A stretch of 64,000 nucleotides of DNA from Candidatus Poseidoniia archaeon (GTDB lineage: Archaea; Thermoplasmatota; Poseidoniia; MGIII; CG-Epi1): the NCBI GenBank assembly GCA_029936395.1, contig JAPYSW010000001.1, forward strand, positions 1,427-65,426. Direction: 5' to 3'. A model generated the notes under the pieces. It did not search any database. It saw only the letters and a program-made list of their open reading frames with translations, and was not told the origin of the DNA. Of the stretch, positions 1 to 9,519 are shown one piece after another. Each line of letters opens with the position of its first letter. Position 1 is the first letter of the stretch. Made by a program: the position numbers and the translations under genes.

Positions 1-922
1 TATCAACATGAGGATGTATCTTATCTTCTTCAATCCACTTCATTAAATCTTTTCTTGCCCTGTTGAGAGTATCTAAATTTTTCCAACGTCCTAAATGTAT
101 ACCAAATACGCCTCGATTACTAGTCATCATTTTTAAAGGGTCGAATTTAGGAAAAGTCAACCAAGATTTGAAGCGATGCCAACTACTCCGTTTTTTACCA
201 GGAGCCATATCTGAAATACCAAATGAACAAACACGACCGCCTGAGCCCAAACACCTATATGATTTCATCAGATTTTCTCCACCTATAGGATCTAAAACTA
301 AATCTACACCTTTATTATCAGTCCAATCCATTATTTCAGCTAAAAAATTATTTCGATCAACTGGAAGAACACCTCGTTCTCTAACAAAATCATGCTTTTC
401 AGGTGAACAAGTACCAAATATTGTTTTGGCCCCTGCTATTTTTGCCAATTCTATAGAGGCTAAACCTATTCCTCCTGCAACACCATGAATTAGAATAGAT
501 TCATTCTTTTGTAAAGCTCCGGGATGAATTATCATCAAATAAGAAGTAAGATAAACGGCAGGAAAAGCTGCAGCGACTTCAAAAGAAATATTATCTGGGA
601 TTTTAAAGACACCATCTATTTTAGAAATTATATGAGTTGAATAACCTCCCTGAGACCCCGAACCTACTACCCTATCCCCAATTACATATTCTTCAACGTC
701 AGGTCCAATCTCATGAATGATTCCTGAAACTTCCATGCCAAGAGTAAATGGAGGTTTAGGAGCCCCAGGATATAGCCCCATACGGGAGAGAATATCTGCA
801 AAATTTATTCCAGCTTTAGATACACGAATACAAACTTCGCCAGGTCCTGGTATTGGTGTTGGTAATTCTTGAATTTCTAAATTTTCAGGACGCCCATATT
901 TTGTAACAACAACTGACTTCAT
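1..922 (-). CDS. Partial (3-prime-truncated by window edge) zinc-binding alcohol dehydrogenase / quinone oxidoreductase (MDR superfamily)
   Basis: Manual minus-strand translation from ATG at 922..920 gives MKSVVVTKYGRPENLEIQELPTPIPGPGEVCIRVSKAGINFADILSRMGLYPG... with no stops to position 1. The N-terminal pattern is typical of the GroES-like/Rossmann MDR family. The plus-strand ORF 63..488 is its shadow. Confidence 0.7.
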   Translation of the reverse strand, partial: MKSVVVTKYGRPENLEIQELPTPIPGPGEVCIRVSKAGINFADILSRMGLYPGAPKPPFTLGMEVSGIIHEIGPDVEEYVIGDRVVGSGSQGGYSTHIISKIDGVFKIPDNISFEVAAAFPAVYLTSYLMIIHPGALQKNESILIHGVAGGIGLASIELAKIAGAKTIFGTCSPEKHDFVRERGVLPVDRNNFLAEIMDWTDNKGVDLVLDPIGGENLMKSYRCLGSGGRVCSFGISDMAPGKKRSSWHRFKSWLTFPKFDPLKMMTSNRGVFGIHLGRWKNLDTLNRARKDLMKWIEEDKIHPHVD

Positions 923-2254
923 TTAATCATCCTCATAATAATCCAAACCAAGGTATGTAATGAGCGTCTCACCCATTAAATGACGAAGTGTGTTTTCTAA
1001 CTTAGCTTCTTGTGCAAATAAATCATGGACTGGATACAAATCTGGTTTACACATTGGTGATTTGAAATAGAAAGACAACCATTCCTGAATTCCATGCATT
1101 CCTGAACGTTTAGCTAAGTCTAAAAAAAGAGCTAAATCAAGTACTATTGGAGCTGCAAGTATAGAATCCCTACATAGAAAATCTACTTTAATCTGCATAG
1201 GATATCCCAACCATCCTTTGATATCAATATTATCCCATCCTTCTTTATTATCCCCTCGAGGCGGATAATAATTGATACGAACCTTATGATACAAATCCCC
1301 ATATAATTCAGGATACTTTTCAGGTTCAAGTATTTGTTCAAGAACTCCTAATTTTGAAACCTCTTTGGTCTTAAAAGATTCGGGATCATCCAGAACTTCA
1401 CCATCTCTATTACCTAGTATATTAGTTGAAAACCAGCCATCAATGCCTAATTTTCTGGCTTTAAAGCCAGGGGCGAGAATTGTTTTCATCAATGTCTGTC
1501 CAGTTTTGAAATCTTTACCTGCAATTGGTGTTTTCTCTTTGGCTGCTAATGAATACATTGCTGGAAAATCTACTGATAAATTTGGAGCACCATTAGCATA
1601 AGGTATTCCTTCCTTTAGCGCCGCATAGGCATAAAGAATTGAAGGTGCCATCGCTATATTATCATCATCTAGTGCATTTTCAAAAGACTCAAGGGAACCA
1701 TACACTGAATCGTGAGGCTCTTGATAAATCTCAGTACTACCACACCAAATCATAACGGCCCTATCTAACTTATTTTTTCCCTTAAAATCACGAATATCCT
1801 GCCTTAATGCATCTATTCTAGCCCTATGGCCCTTAACTGATTTAATGTGAGTTCCATCTAATTTCTTTACAAACTTCTTATCAAAAACTGCTTTCATTGG
1901 TTTAATAAGAGATAATTCTGGTTTAATCTGTTCCAGTAATTCTTTCTCAATAACTCCTGCATTTATGGCTGCTTCGTAACAATTATCATCGAAAATATCC
2001 CAACCTCCAAATACTAAATTATCTAATTTAGTCAAAGGTACAAAGTCTTTGATATTTACTTCCCGATTCTCATTTCGTTTTCCTAACCGTAATGAACCCA
2101 TTTGTGTTATTGAGCCAATTGGACTTGAAAAACCATTACGAATTGCTAATGTTCCAGCAATAAATGTAGTACTTACTGCACCTAAACCAGGCATAAGAAC
2201 ACCTAGACTACCATTGGAATCTTCTATTTTTGCAGGACTATCGATAACAGGCAT
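923..2254 (-). CDS. myo-inositol-1-phosphate synthase
   Basis: 443 aa. Conserved MIPS blocks are present (GWDI...NAGVIEKELLE, NGSPQN-like region, LSVDFPAMYSLAAKE...) and the length fits archaeal MIPS. Confidence 0.85.
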   Translation of the reverse strand: MPVIDSPAKIEDSNGSLGVLMPGLGAVSTTFIAGTLAIRNGFSSPIGSITQMGSLRLGKRNENREVNIKDFVPLTKLDNLVFGGWDIFDDNCYEAAINAGVIEKELLEQIKPELSLIKPMKAVFDKKFVKKLDGTHIKSVKGHRARIDALRQDIRDFKGKNKLDRAVMIWCGSTEIYQEPHDSVYGSLESFENALDDDNIAMAPSILYAYAALKEGIPYANGAPNLSVDFPAMYSLAAKEKTPIAGKDFKTGQTLMKTILAPGFKARKLGIDGWFSTNILGNRDGEVLDDPESFKTKEVSKLGVLEQILEPEKYPELYGDLYHKVRINYYPPRGDNKEGWDNIDIKGWLGYPMQIKVDFLCRDSILAAPIVLDLALFLDLAKRSGMHGIQEWLSFYFKSPMCKPDLYPVHDLFAQEAKLENTLRHLMGETLITYLGLDYYEDD

Positions 2255-2295
2255 AAGATAATTATTACATTAGGTGATTATATTAACAATTATAG

Positions 2296-3060
2296 TTATT
2301 CATAAATTACTGAAAGACATGTCAATGAACCATCTCCGGCTCTAAATTGTGACATCTCCATATAATGTAAATTAAGACCTTTCTCAATTAATATTTGTGA
2401 AGTTTTTTTATAACCCTTAGAAACCATTACATCATTCCCAAATGAAATTACATTTGTTCCGTATGCTTCTTCACTTGGCACTAAAAGAATTTCTATTCCT
2501 TCAGGAAAATCTGTCGATTTAAACCAACCCTCGGGAACAAGAAGGACACCAGGCATAGGTGAAGTACAAACTGAGATTAAATGAAGAGAACTTTTAGGAA
2601 CTTCAACAACATGTAAATCAAATCCTCTAAACTCAACAAAATCTTTCAAATTTTGAATGCCTTGTCTATTGGTACGGCTGCTATGGCCTACTAAAAATTT
2701 ATTTCCAAACTGAAATACATCGCCTCCGTCCATTCGCCCTCCCGAAGTCATGTATTCCAACTTTAGATCTCCTTCTAAAGCCTCGATGATAGCTCCTTTT
2801 TCACCTAACCGAGAATCATGGCCTGCATTTGTAATCAATGCAGAATCACCAGCTACAATTGCATGATCTTCAACAAAACAACAGTCAGGATAATCGGGAT
2901 GTGAATCTAATTCTCTAACTATTAATCCTAATTCTCTTAGCTTCGAAACATATGCTGAATGCTGTTCCTTTGCTTCTTCTAAATTAGTTGGCCCACTACC
3001 AAAAAAAGATGCTAAGGCTTTTTCATATGAGCTTGAAACTCCACGTACTATAGCCTTCAC
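2296..3060 (-). CDS. Guanidino-group-modifying enzyme superfamily protein (DDAH / amidinotransferase / arginine-deiminase-like)
   Basis: 254 aa. The C-terminal catalytic-Cys motif GSLTCLSV resembles DDAH GGxTCMS. Its start overlaps the upstream deoxyhypusine synthase stop by 4 nt. Confidence 0.65.
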   Translation of the reverse strand: MKAIVRGVSSSYEKALASFFGSGPTNLEEAKEQHSAYVSKLRELGLIVRELDSHPDYPDCCFVEDHAIVAGDSALITNAGHDSRLGEKGAIIEALEGDLKLEYMTSGGRMDGGDVFQFGNKFLVGHSSRTNRQGIQNLKDFVEFRGFDLHVVEVPKSSLHLISVCTSPMPGVLLVPEGWFKSTDFPEGIEILLVPSEEAYGTNVISFGNDVMVSKGYKKTSQILIEKGLNLHYMEMSQFRAGDGSLTCLSVIYE

Positions 3061-4031
3061 AATAAAGGCCCCAAAATCAATGGCAGCATGACTGTTGCGT
3101 CTCCTTCAACAGTTATTCGTCTTGCCTTAGGTTGTACTTTACCCCAAGAAACTGCTTCTCTAATTCTAGCACCACTGAGAGAACCATCCCACTCAGGAGC
3201 AGTAGTAACTTGAACGGCATAATCTAAACCCTCTCGAAATTGATTCCACCAAATTGTATGGTGTTTGGATATGCCTCCACCAACCATCAAAGCTCCGGTA
3301 CTTTCAGCTTCATGAACTATATCAGATAATTCATTTTCTTCGGCAAATAAATCTAAAGTGAAATCTCTATGATCTTGCCAAAATAACCACAATTGTGAAC
3401 CGACAGCCCCGTCAGTGGGACCTGGAACAAACACCTTAACATTCTTTCGAGCACAAGTTGCTAAAAAAGACTCAGAACCGTTTTTTTCTTCTGCTAAACG
3501 AAGACCTAATTCTCGCCATATCTTCCACGGAATCCAGCGGCTATCTTGTGCATATAATTCTGCTAAAATTGGCTGCATCCATTTTTCAATAGGAATACCA
3601 TAAGAATCATCTGGAACTAAAACATTTCCAAGTCGATTAACACCTTTCTCTCGTAATTTTTGGTCATCCATAGAAAAATCTCCATGATAATAATCTGCCA
3701 AAATTCGAGCTATATCGTGATCTAAAGTACCACAAGTAGTAACTACTACATCAATAAGGTCATTCTCTATTAATTGTCTGAGAAGACCTCTAGTCCCAGT
3801 TGCCATTATATCTGCTGGAAATGAAATGAATTTAGTACAATTTCCTTTTTGCATATCCTGAAGAATAGATGATGCTGTAGCTACTTTTGTTGCAACAAAA
3901 CCACCTGCTTCACTAAACTGAGAAATTAATTCAGATAATTTTGTATTTTTATCAATATGAATGTCTTTTACTGGTATTTTACGCATCCTTAACCGATCCA
4001 CAAGTACCACAAATATATTTGTTATTATCAA
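3057..4031 (-). CDS. dys: deoxyhypusine synthase
   Basis: 324 aa, a DHS family pattern throughout (NAD-binding Rossmann region, ...[24 protein letters not shown]...). The true start is probably the internal Met (MRKIPVKD, about 3986), which leaves only an 8-nt overlap with the gyrA stop. Confidence 0.85.
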   Translation of the reverse strand: MIITNIFVVLVDRLRMRKIPVKDIHIDKNTKLSELISQFSEAGGFVATKVATASSILQDMQKGNCTKFISFPADIMATGTRGLLRQLIENDLIDVVVTTCGTLDHDIARILADYYHGDFSMDDQKLREKGVNRLGNVLVPDDSYGIPIEKWMQPILAELYAQDSRWIPWKIWRELGLRLAEEKNGSESFLATCARKNVKVFVPGPTDGAVGSQLWLFWQDHRDFTLDLFAEENELSDIVHEAESTGALMVGGGISKHHTIWWNQFREGLDYAVQVTTAPEWDGSLSGARIREAVSWGKVQPKARRITVEGDATVMLPLILGPLL

Positions 4032-6567
4032 GAACTAATTTACCTTCATCACACTCAGAACAAGGTATATCCTCATTAGGAGAGGGATCTACATTTCTTT
4101 CTTCATCATCTTCATCATGTAAAGCTACTGCTACAACTGTTTCATTATCATCAACGGCCATTACTTTGACACCTCTGCCTACTCTTGCAATCTGCCTTAT
4201 GCTTTCTATATGTGTACGAATTACTTTACCTGAAGATGTTGTAGCCAATATTTGGTTTGCTTGTCCTGGAGTAAAAGTAGCCACCACATTGCCACTCTTA
4301 GCATCAACTTTAATATTTTTAACTCCTTTAGCTCCTCTTTTCGTAAGACGATAGTTCTCAGCACTAGCTCTTTTCCCGTAACCTTTTTCAGTAATAGTTA
4401 ACAAAATATCCTCTTCAGTAACTAAAGTCATTCCTATAACTTCATCTTTATCTTTCAAACGCATGCCTATTACTCCCTGACCATTACGACCAACTATTCT
4501 AACATCACCTTCTGAAAAACGATTGGCCATTCCAAACTTAGTTGCAAGCATAATTTGACTGTCACCTTCTGAAATATTTACACCAATTAATTCATCATTT
4601 ACCTTAAGCGTAATGGCTCTAAAACCTTGATCCCGAGCCCAAGCTCTTTGAATCCTTGAAGAATATTCTTCTAAACGAGTTTTCTTAACTATACCATTTC
4701 GAGTTGCAAATAAGAAATAATGACCCTCTCCAGTTATATTAGCTACAGGTAACATACAAAGAACCTTTTCATCTTTCGATTGACGCCCCTCATCTAACTT
4801 TTGAAGAAGCTGAACCAATGGAGTTCCCTTGGAATAACGTGAAACATCAGGTATTTGCCAAGCTTTTAAGAAGTACATACTTCCAGCGGTCGTAAAGAAA
4901 AGTAAATGATCATGTGAGCCCATAGAATACAATTCAACTGGAAAGTCACCTTGTTTAGCCTTAATTCCAATTCTACCCTTACCGCCTCTGTGTTGAGCTT
5001 GGTATTCATCTAAATCAACTCGTTTGATATATCCCTCATGTGTTCTCATTACAACTACTTGTGAACGTGGAATCAAGTCTTCGGTAGCTAAATCACCATC
5101 AAAATCAGATATTAATGTTCTTCTTTGATCACCGTGTTTTTCATTTAATTGCGATAAATCTTCTTTGATAATCGCTAAAATCTTAGAATGATCGGCTAGA
5201 ATTAAATTTAATTCAGCCATTGTAGTTTTTAATTCATCTAACTCATTTTTTCTTTCTTCTGCATCTTGCCTTGATAATTGATACAACCGCATATCTGCTA
5301 TTGCCTTAGATTGTATTTCACTAAGTGAAAACGTTGTTTGAAGGCCTGCAATTACTGCATCTCTACCTGCTGAATCACGAATGAAGGCAATAACGTCATC
5401 CATCTGAGAAATTGCGAGTAAAAGCCCTTCCACTATGTGAGCTCTTTCTTGAGCCTTCTTCAAGCGATACTGCGTTCTTTTTGTTACTATTTCTTTACGA
5501 TGTTCGAGATATACTTCTAGTAACTCTATCAAGCCCATTCGCCTAGGCTGGCCTTTGACCAAGGCTACATTATTAATTGCAAAACTAGTTTCCAATACTG
5601 AATGTTTGTATAACTGATTTTCAACAATCATTGGGGCTGCATCACGTTTTAATTCAAAAACAACACGCATTTCAGTTTGATCAGATTCATCACGAATGTC
5701 TCTAATTCCTTCAATCTTTTTATCGCGTACCATTTTAGACACTTCTTCTAAAAGACGGTTTTTTTGAACCATGAAAGGAATTTCAGTTACTACAAGATAT
5801 TCATTCTTTTCAGTAGATTCATGCTTTACAGTACCTCGCAACTTAACTGAGCCCTGCCCTTTGCTATAAGCATCAAAAATACCCTTACGGCCCATAATAG
5901 TGCCACCCGTAGGGAAATCCGGACCAGGCAATACCTCCATTATCTCAGCCAACGATATTGATGGGTTGTCCATCAATAAGTTTAGAGCTTCAGATACTTC
6001 CGATAAATTATGAGGAGCCATGTTTGTAGCCATACCTACTGCAATTCCTGAAGATCCATTTACTAAGAGGCCAGGTAAAAGCCCTGGAAGAACTGTAGGC
6101 TCTTTCAATGAACCATCATAATTATCTCTAAAAGTCACTGTTTCTTCATCAAGATCCGATAAAACCGCATCTGCAATAGTTGCTAAACGAGATTCAGTAT
6201 AACGCATTGCTGCAGCCTTATCACCATCTATTGAACCAAAATTTCCTTGACCATCTACTAACGGATATCTCAAAGAAAAATCTTGAGCCATACGAACCAT
6301 TGTATCATAGATGGCTTGATCCCCATGAGGATGATACTTACCCATCGTATCTCCAACTATTCTTGCAGATTTTTTATATGGTGAACGAGATCCAGACCCC
6401 ATTTCTTTCATAGCATAAAGTACTCTACGATGTACTGGTTTTAGACCGTCACGAGCATCAGGAAGTGCACGCCCTACAATGACTGACATTGCATAATCCA
6501 AATAAGATTTACGCATCTCTTTTTCTAAGCTTACCTTCAAAATAGTGTCATTATTTTCAGTTGTCAA
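3979..6567 (-). CDS. gyrA: DNA gyrase subunit A, with a C-terminal acidic tail and zinc ribbon
   Basis: 862 aa. N-terminal GyrA hallmarks are present: MTTENND...[16 protein letters not shown], active-site region AAMRYTE, and a C-terminal beta-pinwheel repeat region. The last ~35 aa carry CSEC...CGTC. Confidence 0.9.
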   Translation of the reverse strand: MTTENNDTILKVSLEKEMRKSYLDYAMSVIVGRALPDARDGLKPVHRRVLYAMKEMGSGSRSPYKKSARIVGDTMGKYHPHGDQAIYDTMVRMAQDFSLRYPLVDGQGNFGSIDGDKAAAMRYTESRLATIADAVLSDLDEETVTFRDNYDGSLKEPTVLPGLLPGLLVNGSSGIAVGMATNMAPHNLSEVSEALNLLMDNPSISLAEIMEVLPGPDFPTGGTIMGRKGIFDAYSKGQGSVKLRGTVKHESTEKNEYLVVTEIPFMVQKNRLLEEVSKMVRDKKIEGIRDIRDESDQTEMRVVFELKRDAAPMIVENQLYKHSVLETSFAINNVALVKGQPRRMGLIELLEVYLEHRKEIVTKRTQYRLKKAQERAHIVEGLLLAISQMDDVIAFIRDSAGRDAVIAGLQTTFSLSEIQSKAIADMRLYQLSRQDAEERKNELDELKTTMAELNLILADHSKILAIIKEDLSQLNEKHGDQRRTLISDFDGDLATEDLIPRSQVVVMRTHEGYIKRVDLDEYQAQHRGGKGRIGIKAKQGDFPVELYSMGSHDHLLFFTTAGSMYFLKAWQIPDVSRYSKGTPLVQLLQKLDEGRQSKDEKVLCMLPVANITGEGHYFLFATRNGIVKKTRLEEYSSRIQRAWARDQGFRAITLKVNDELIGVNISEGDSQIMLATKFGMANRFSEGDVRIVGRNGQGVIGMRLKDKDEVIGMTLVTEEDILLTITEKGYGKRASAENYRLTKRGAKGVKNIKVDAKSGNVVATFTPGQANQILATTSSGKVIRTHIESIRQIARVGRGVKVMAVDDNETVVAVALHDEDDEERNVDPSPNEDIPCSECDEGKLVLDNNKYICGTCGSVKDA

Positions 6568-6636
6568 TATTTAGCCTCAAATCTGTAGTTAATGTCATGA
6601 ATAAACCCCCTTAAAAGGGACTCCCCTGACAGACTT
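6568..6636. promoter_or_regulatory. Divergent intergenic promoter region between gyrA (minus) and the SPOUT-like gene (plus)
   Basis: A C-run followed by a TTAAA(A/C) element occurs twice (aaccccccttaaaaggg and cacccccccttaaac), plus TTTATT on the minus strand about 30 nt upstream of the gyrA ATG. These resemble BRE/TATA elements. Confidence 0.3.
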
Positions 6637-7161
6637 GTGGCACCCCCCTTAAACATTATAATTATAAACTCTAAAAATAATGAAGAGTTTAATGACAAAC
6701 ATCGACGATTAATCGCAAAAATAGCCCCTATTTGTATAGCCTATAATTTCCACTTGACATTAGTTAATTTTCAGATAAATAATAGTGCATTGAATTTTGC
6801 TAAAGAAATAGCGCCTGCAACTAGCATCGGAAGTGGCGGAGAAAAATTAATAACATTAGCAGAAAAAGGTAGACTCCAAATGACTAACTTGCCTATTACT
6901 AATAATTTTGGTAAACTAATAATTTGTACTTCAAAACCAAACCAAAAAAAGATTGTAGATATTAACCAAATTGCTAAGTTATCCAAAGAAATAAAAATTG
7001 CACTAATCTTTGGAACTGACGATCAAAGAAATAAAAATATTAATCGATTATTAGATAGCTCAGTGTATCACTGTGATGTGAGTAAGAAAAATATCAAGTT
7101 GGAAGTAGATACTGAAATTGGTGCAATTACAACCATCATTCATAAAATTAGAACAACTTAA
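6637..7161 (+). CDS. Putative SPOUT-class RNA methyltransferase (TrmH/aTrm56-like); GTG start
   Basis: 174 aa. It has an N-terminal hydrophobic strand (NIIIIN), a motif-2-like IALIFGTDDQ and a motif-3-like EIGAITTIIHKI. Assignment is by motif resemblance only. Confidence 0.35.
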   Translation: MAPPLNIIIINSKNNEEFNDKHRRLIAKIAPICIAYNFHLTLVNFQINNSALNFAKEIAPATSIGSGGEKLITLAEKGRLQMTNLPITNNFGKLIICTSKPNQKKIVDINQIAKLSKEIKIALIFGTDDQRNKNINRLLDSSVYHCDVSKKNIKLEVDTEIGAITTIIHKIRTT

Positions 7162-7825
7162 GAGCTTCTTCAATACGTCCTAACTCTATACCTGTACTTT
7201 GTTGACCACAAACGGCACCATTAGAAGAAGATACTACTCCAGCACCAACTAAAGGCATGCCAAAATTGACTGTACCCTCCATGACTGGAATGTCTAGTAT
7301 TTTTTCCATAATCACTCTTTCTTCATCTGAAATATCAGGATGACAAAGACCTCCTTTATTATTTATACATCCAATCATACCTAAAGTATCCATTTTATTC
7401 AAGGAAAGGGCCTTTATTTTTATACCTAAAACTTCTTCAGCTACTTTTATCGATCTTGGACTCAAGTTTTCATTACAAAAACCTCCGCTATCATTAACTA
7501 AGAAATTATTTCCGTTAGCATTGGACCGATCGGATAGTATACCAAATTTTAAATTATAACTATCTGAAAGCGATTCAAATTTTTCCACTTCGAGTGGATT
7601 TACTAAATTCGAAACTAAAATACCATGATTATTCATAGTTAACAAGGCCCCTAAGACACTACTGCCCCCTATTGTTATTACCTCACTTTGAGTATCTAAA
7701 GCTTCAGAAATAGCCTGCATATCATTTTCAGGTATTCCTGGAGGGATTAACGTTAAAGCGTCATTAGTAGCACAAAAAACCCCTGAATAAGGACTATTGA
7801 AAAGATTCTTTTGAATTAATGCCAT
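7148..7825 (-). CDS. eif6: translation initiation factor 6 (aIF6)
   Basis: 225 aa with a repeated pentein-like pattern (...GVFCATNDALTLIPPG..., ...GILVSNLVNP...). It sits in the conserved archaeal position next to L31e/L39e. Confidence 0.8.
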   Translation of the reverse strand: MALIQKNLFNSPYSGVFCATNDALTLIPPGIPENDMQAISEALDTQSEVITIGGSSVLGALLTMNNHGILVSNLVNPLEVEKFESLSDSYNLKFGILSDRSNANGNNFLVNDSGGFCNENLSPRSIKVAEEVLGIKIKALSLNKMDTLGMIGCINNKGGLCHPDISDEERVIMEKILDIPVMEGTVNFGMPLVGAGVVSSSNGAVCGQQSTGIELGRIEEALKLF

Positions 7826-7830
7826 AATGC

Positions 7831-8157
7831 CTATTCAGCAAGATGTACAATTACACTGCCATCTTCGAATTTTAAAGCTCTAACTCTAACTTTTGAAGGT
7901 GGTTTTTCGATTCCCTTAGACCATATATATTGATTTACTGGAGGGTCGATAAATAATTGCTTATCCTCACCACTTCCACTACGAGCGTCAGAAGATTTTC
8001 TCAAAACTTCACCATCTCTTTCAGGCTTCATATGTCTTGTAACAAAATCTTCAACAATACGCATAGCTACTGGAGCTCTTCGAGTGCGAGGTACCTTGTG
8101 TAATTTACGTAAAGGTATAGTGTACAATCTCTCCTGCATTAATTCATCATCTGCCAT
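7831..8157 (-). CDS. rpl31e: 50S ribosomal protein L31e
   Basis: 108 aa. ERLYTIPLRKLHKVPRTRRAPVAMRIVEDFVTRHMK is the characteristic L31e signature. Confidence 0.85.
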   Translation of the reverse strand: MADDELMQERLYTIPLRKLHKVPRTRRAPVAMRIVEDFVTRHMKPERDGEVLRKSSDARSGSGEDKQLFIDPPVNQYIWSKGIEKPPSKVRVRALKFEDGSVIVHLAE

Positions 8158-8163
8158 ATTTTA

Positions 8164-8319
8164 TCACCTATGTAGTTTACCACGGCGCCAAAAGTGACGT
8201 TTTGGATGGTTGGTAAATCTACGATTAGTTCTTTGAATAACCCAAGCTGGAACTCTGCGGTTACGCTTGACTAATTTATTCAAACGTAATTTCTTACCGT
8301 AAACTTTCCTACTTGACAT
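8164..8319 (-). CDS. rpl39e: 50S ribosomal protein L39e (short gene, not in the ORF track)
   Basis: Manual translation of the minus strand gives [51 protein letters not shown] (51 aa), a highly basic canonical L39e. Its ATG (8319..8317) shares one nucleotide with the S19e TAA stop (TAATG). Confidence 0.85.
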   Translation of the reverse strand: MSSRKVYGKKLRLNKLVKRNRRVPAWVIQRTNRRFTNHPKRHFWRRGKLHR

Positions 8320-8807
8320 TAATATTTACTGAGTGAACTCATCTCCTTTTGTAAATTCTTCTTAACTGCAAATGCAGTATTGTCTAATATTGATTGTCCT
8401 TTAGGTGTTAAACCACGGCCACCTTGCTTTGATTTTACTATAAAACCTGCAATTTCAAGTTGTTGCATAATTGATCGAAGAATCTTACGACTTCCACCGA
8501 GACTTCTATTTGGCTTTGAACCTCTGTCACGAGATCCAGAATAATGTTTTGCCAAACGTTCAGTTCCGATTGGACCATTAACTCCAATCTTCCTCAATAC
8601 TGAAGCTGTGCGGTAATACCACCAATCAGGTTGGGTCGGTGCTTTTTCTTTGTGAACTGCAGTCTTTACAAAATTAGACCAATCAGGAGGTGAAATAGCG
8701 TCATCGCTCTTCAATGTGTTGGCAAGTGCGCCAACTAAATGTTCACCAGGTACGTCGTATTGTGTTGTCACGGGGATAAATCCTCTTACGGGGATGACGC
8801 GCCACAC
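8319..8807 (-). CDS. rps19e: 30S ribosomal protein S19e
   Basis: 162 aa. VKTAVHKE...[16 protein letters not shown]...[11 protein letters not shown]...[14 protein letters not shown] matches the S19e family. Confidence 0.85.
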   Translation of the reverse strand: MWRVIPVRGFIPVTTQYDVPGEHLVGALANTLKSDDAISPPDWSNFVKTAVHKEKAPTQPDWWYYRTASVLRKIGVNGPIGTERLAKHYSGSRDRGSKPNRSLGGSRKILRSIMQQLEIAGFIVKSKQGGRGLTPKGQSILDNTAFAVKKNLQKEMSSLSKY

Positions 8808-8845
8808 GGACTATATTATAAACTTAAGCCTAATTGAAATATTAA

Positions 8846-9270
8846 TGGAAAGAATTGAAAAGTACCTTAAAAAACATAATACTATGACGATAGCTACGGT
8901 CGGTAAAAAAGGTATTTCTGCTGCTGCTGTATTTTATGCCGAAACAAAAAAATGCGATTATTTAGTCTTTGTTAGCAGTTCAAAGTCGGAACATATCGCA
9001 AATTCACTTGTTGAAAAAAGATGTGCAGTCACCATACAAAATGACGGACTAGATTGGGAAATTATTAAAGGACTCCAAATAAAAGGAAATGTAGAATTGG
9101 CAGATGAAAATGATTGGAATATTTACTTTGAGAAATTCCCATATATTAAAGATAATAAAACCCTTTCAAAATCTTTAGAAAAAGTAGATTTGTATAAGTT
9201 CACTTTTTCTTGGGCAAGACTAATCGATAATTCGAAAGGTTTTGGAAATCGTTTTGAAATTAATTATTAA
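8846..9270 (+). CDS. Pyridoxamine 5-prime-phosphate oxidase-like FMN-binding split-barrel protein
   Basis: The track ORF 8716..9270 overlaps S19e. I call the internal ATG at 8846 (MERIEKYLKKHNTMTIATVGKKG...AVFYAE...), which has the typical PNPOx-like N-terminus. Confidence 0.5.
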
Positions 9271-9271
9271 A

Positions 9272-9499
9272 TTAATCTGCAAAAAGACCATTATTATGGA
9301 AATACCAAATAAGAGATACAAAAATAATTATCAAAGTTCCGATTATAATAAAGCCTAACGTATTGCCTATAATTGGAAAAACAAACAAAACAAAAATACC
9401 TACGAAAAAAGTCCATAAAAGTAGATACAAAAGATAGACGTGTGGAGCTAATTCTGGATCTCTGGCGGCATCTAATGTGAATAAAAGTTTCCAATTCAT
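9272..9499 (-). CDS. Small hydrophobic membrane protein (two predicted TM helices)
   Basis: 75 aa. VYLLYLLLWTFFVGIFVLFVFPIIGNTLGFIIIGTLIIIFVSLIWYF is strongly hydrophobic. The overlapping alternative frame 9294..9494 is less protein-like. Confidence 0.3.
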   Translation of the reverse strand: MNWKLLFTLDAARDPELAPHVYLLYLLLWTFFVGIFVLFVFPIIGNTLGFIIIGTLIIIFVSLIWYFHNNGLFAD

Positions 9500-9519
9500 A
9501 AATTACTTAAAAGAATATA

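Noticed and set aside
63-488. Plus-strand 141-aa ORF at the window start
   Set aside because: It lies entirely within the minus-strand MDR dehydrogenase gene, which translates cleanly from 922 to the window edge. The plus-frame product is low-complexity, so it is a shadow ORF.
1365-2261. Plus-strand ORFs 1365..1601 and 2049..2261
   Set aside because: They are antisense to the well-supported myo-inositol-1-phosphate synthase gene and have no motif content.
3941-4354. Plus-strand 137-aa ORF
   Set aside because: It is antisense to the gyrA C-terminus and DHS N-terminus. Its Ser/Leu/Thr-rich product is typical of the reverse frame of an AT-rich gene.
8716-8845. N-terminal 43 aa of track ORF 8716..9270
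   Set aside because: It overlaps the S19e coding region on the other strand. The internal ATG at 8846, preceded by an AT-rich stretch, gives a standard PNPOx-like N-terminus.
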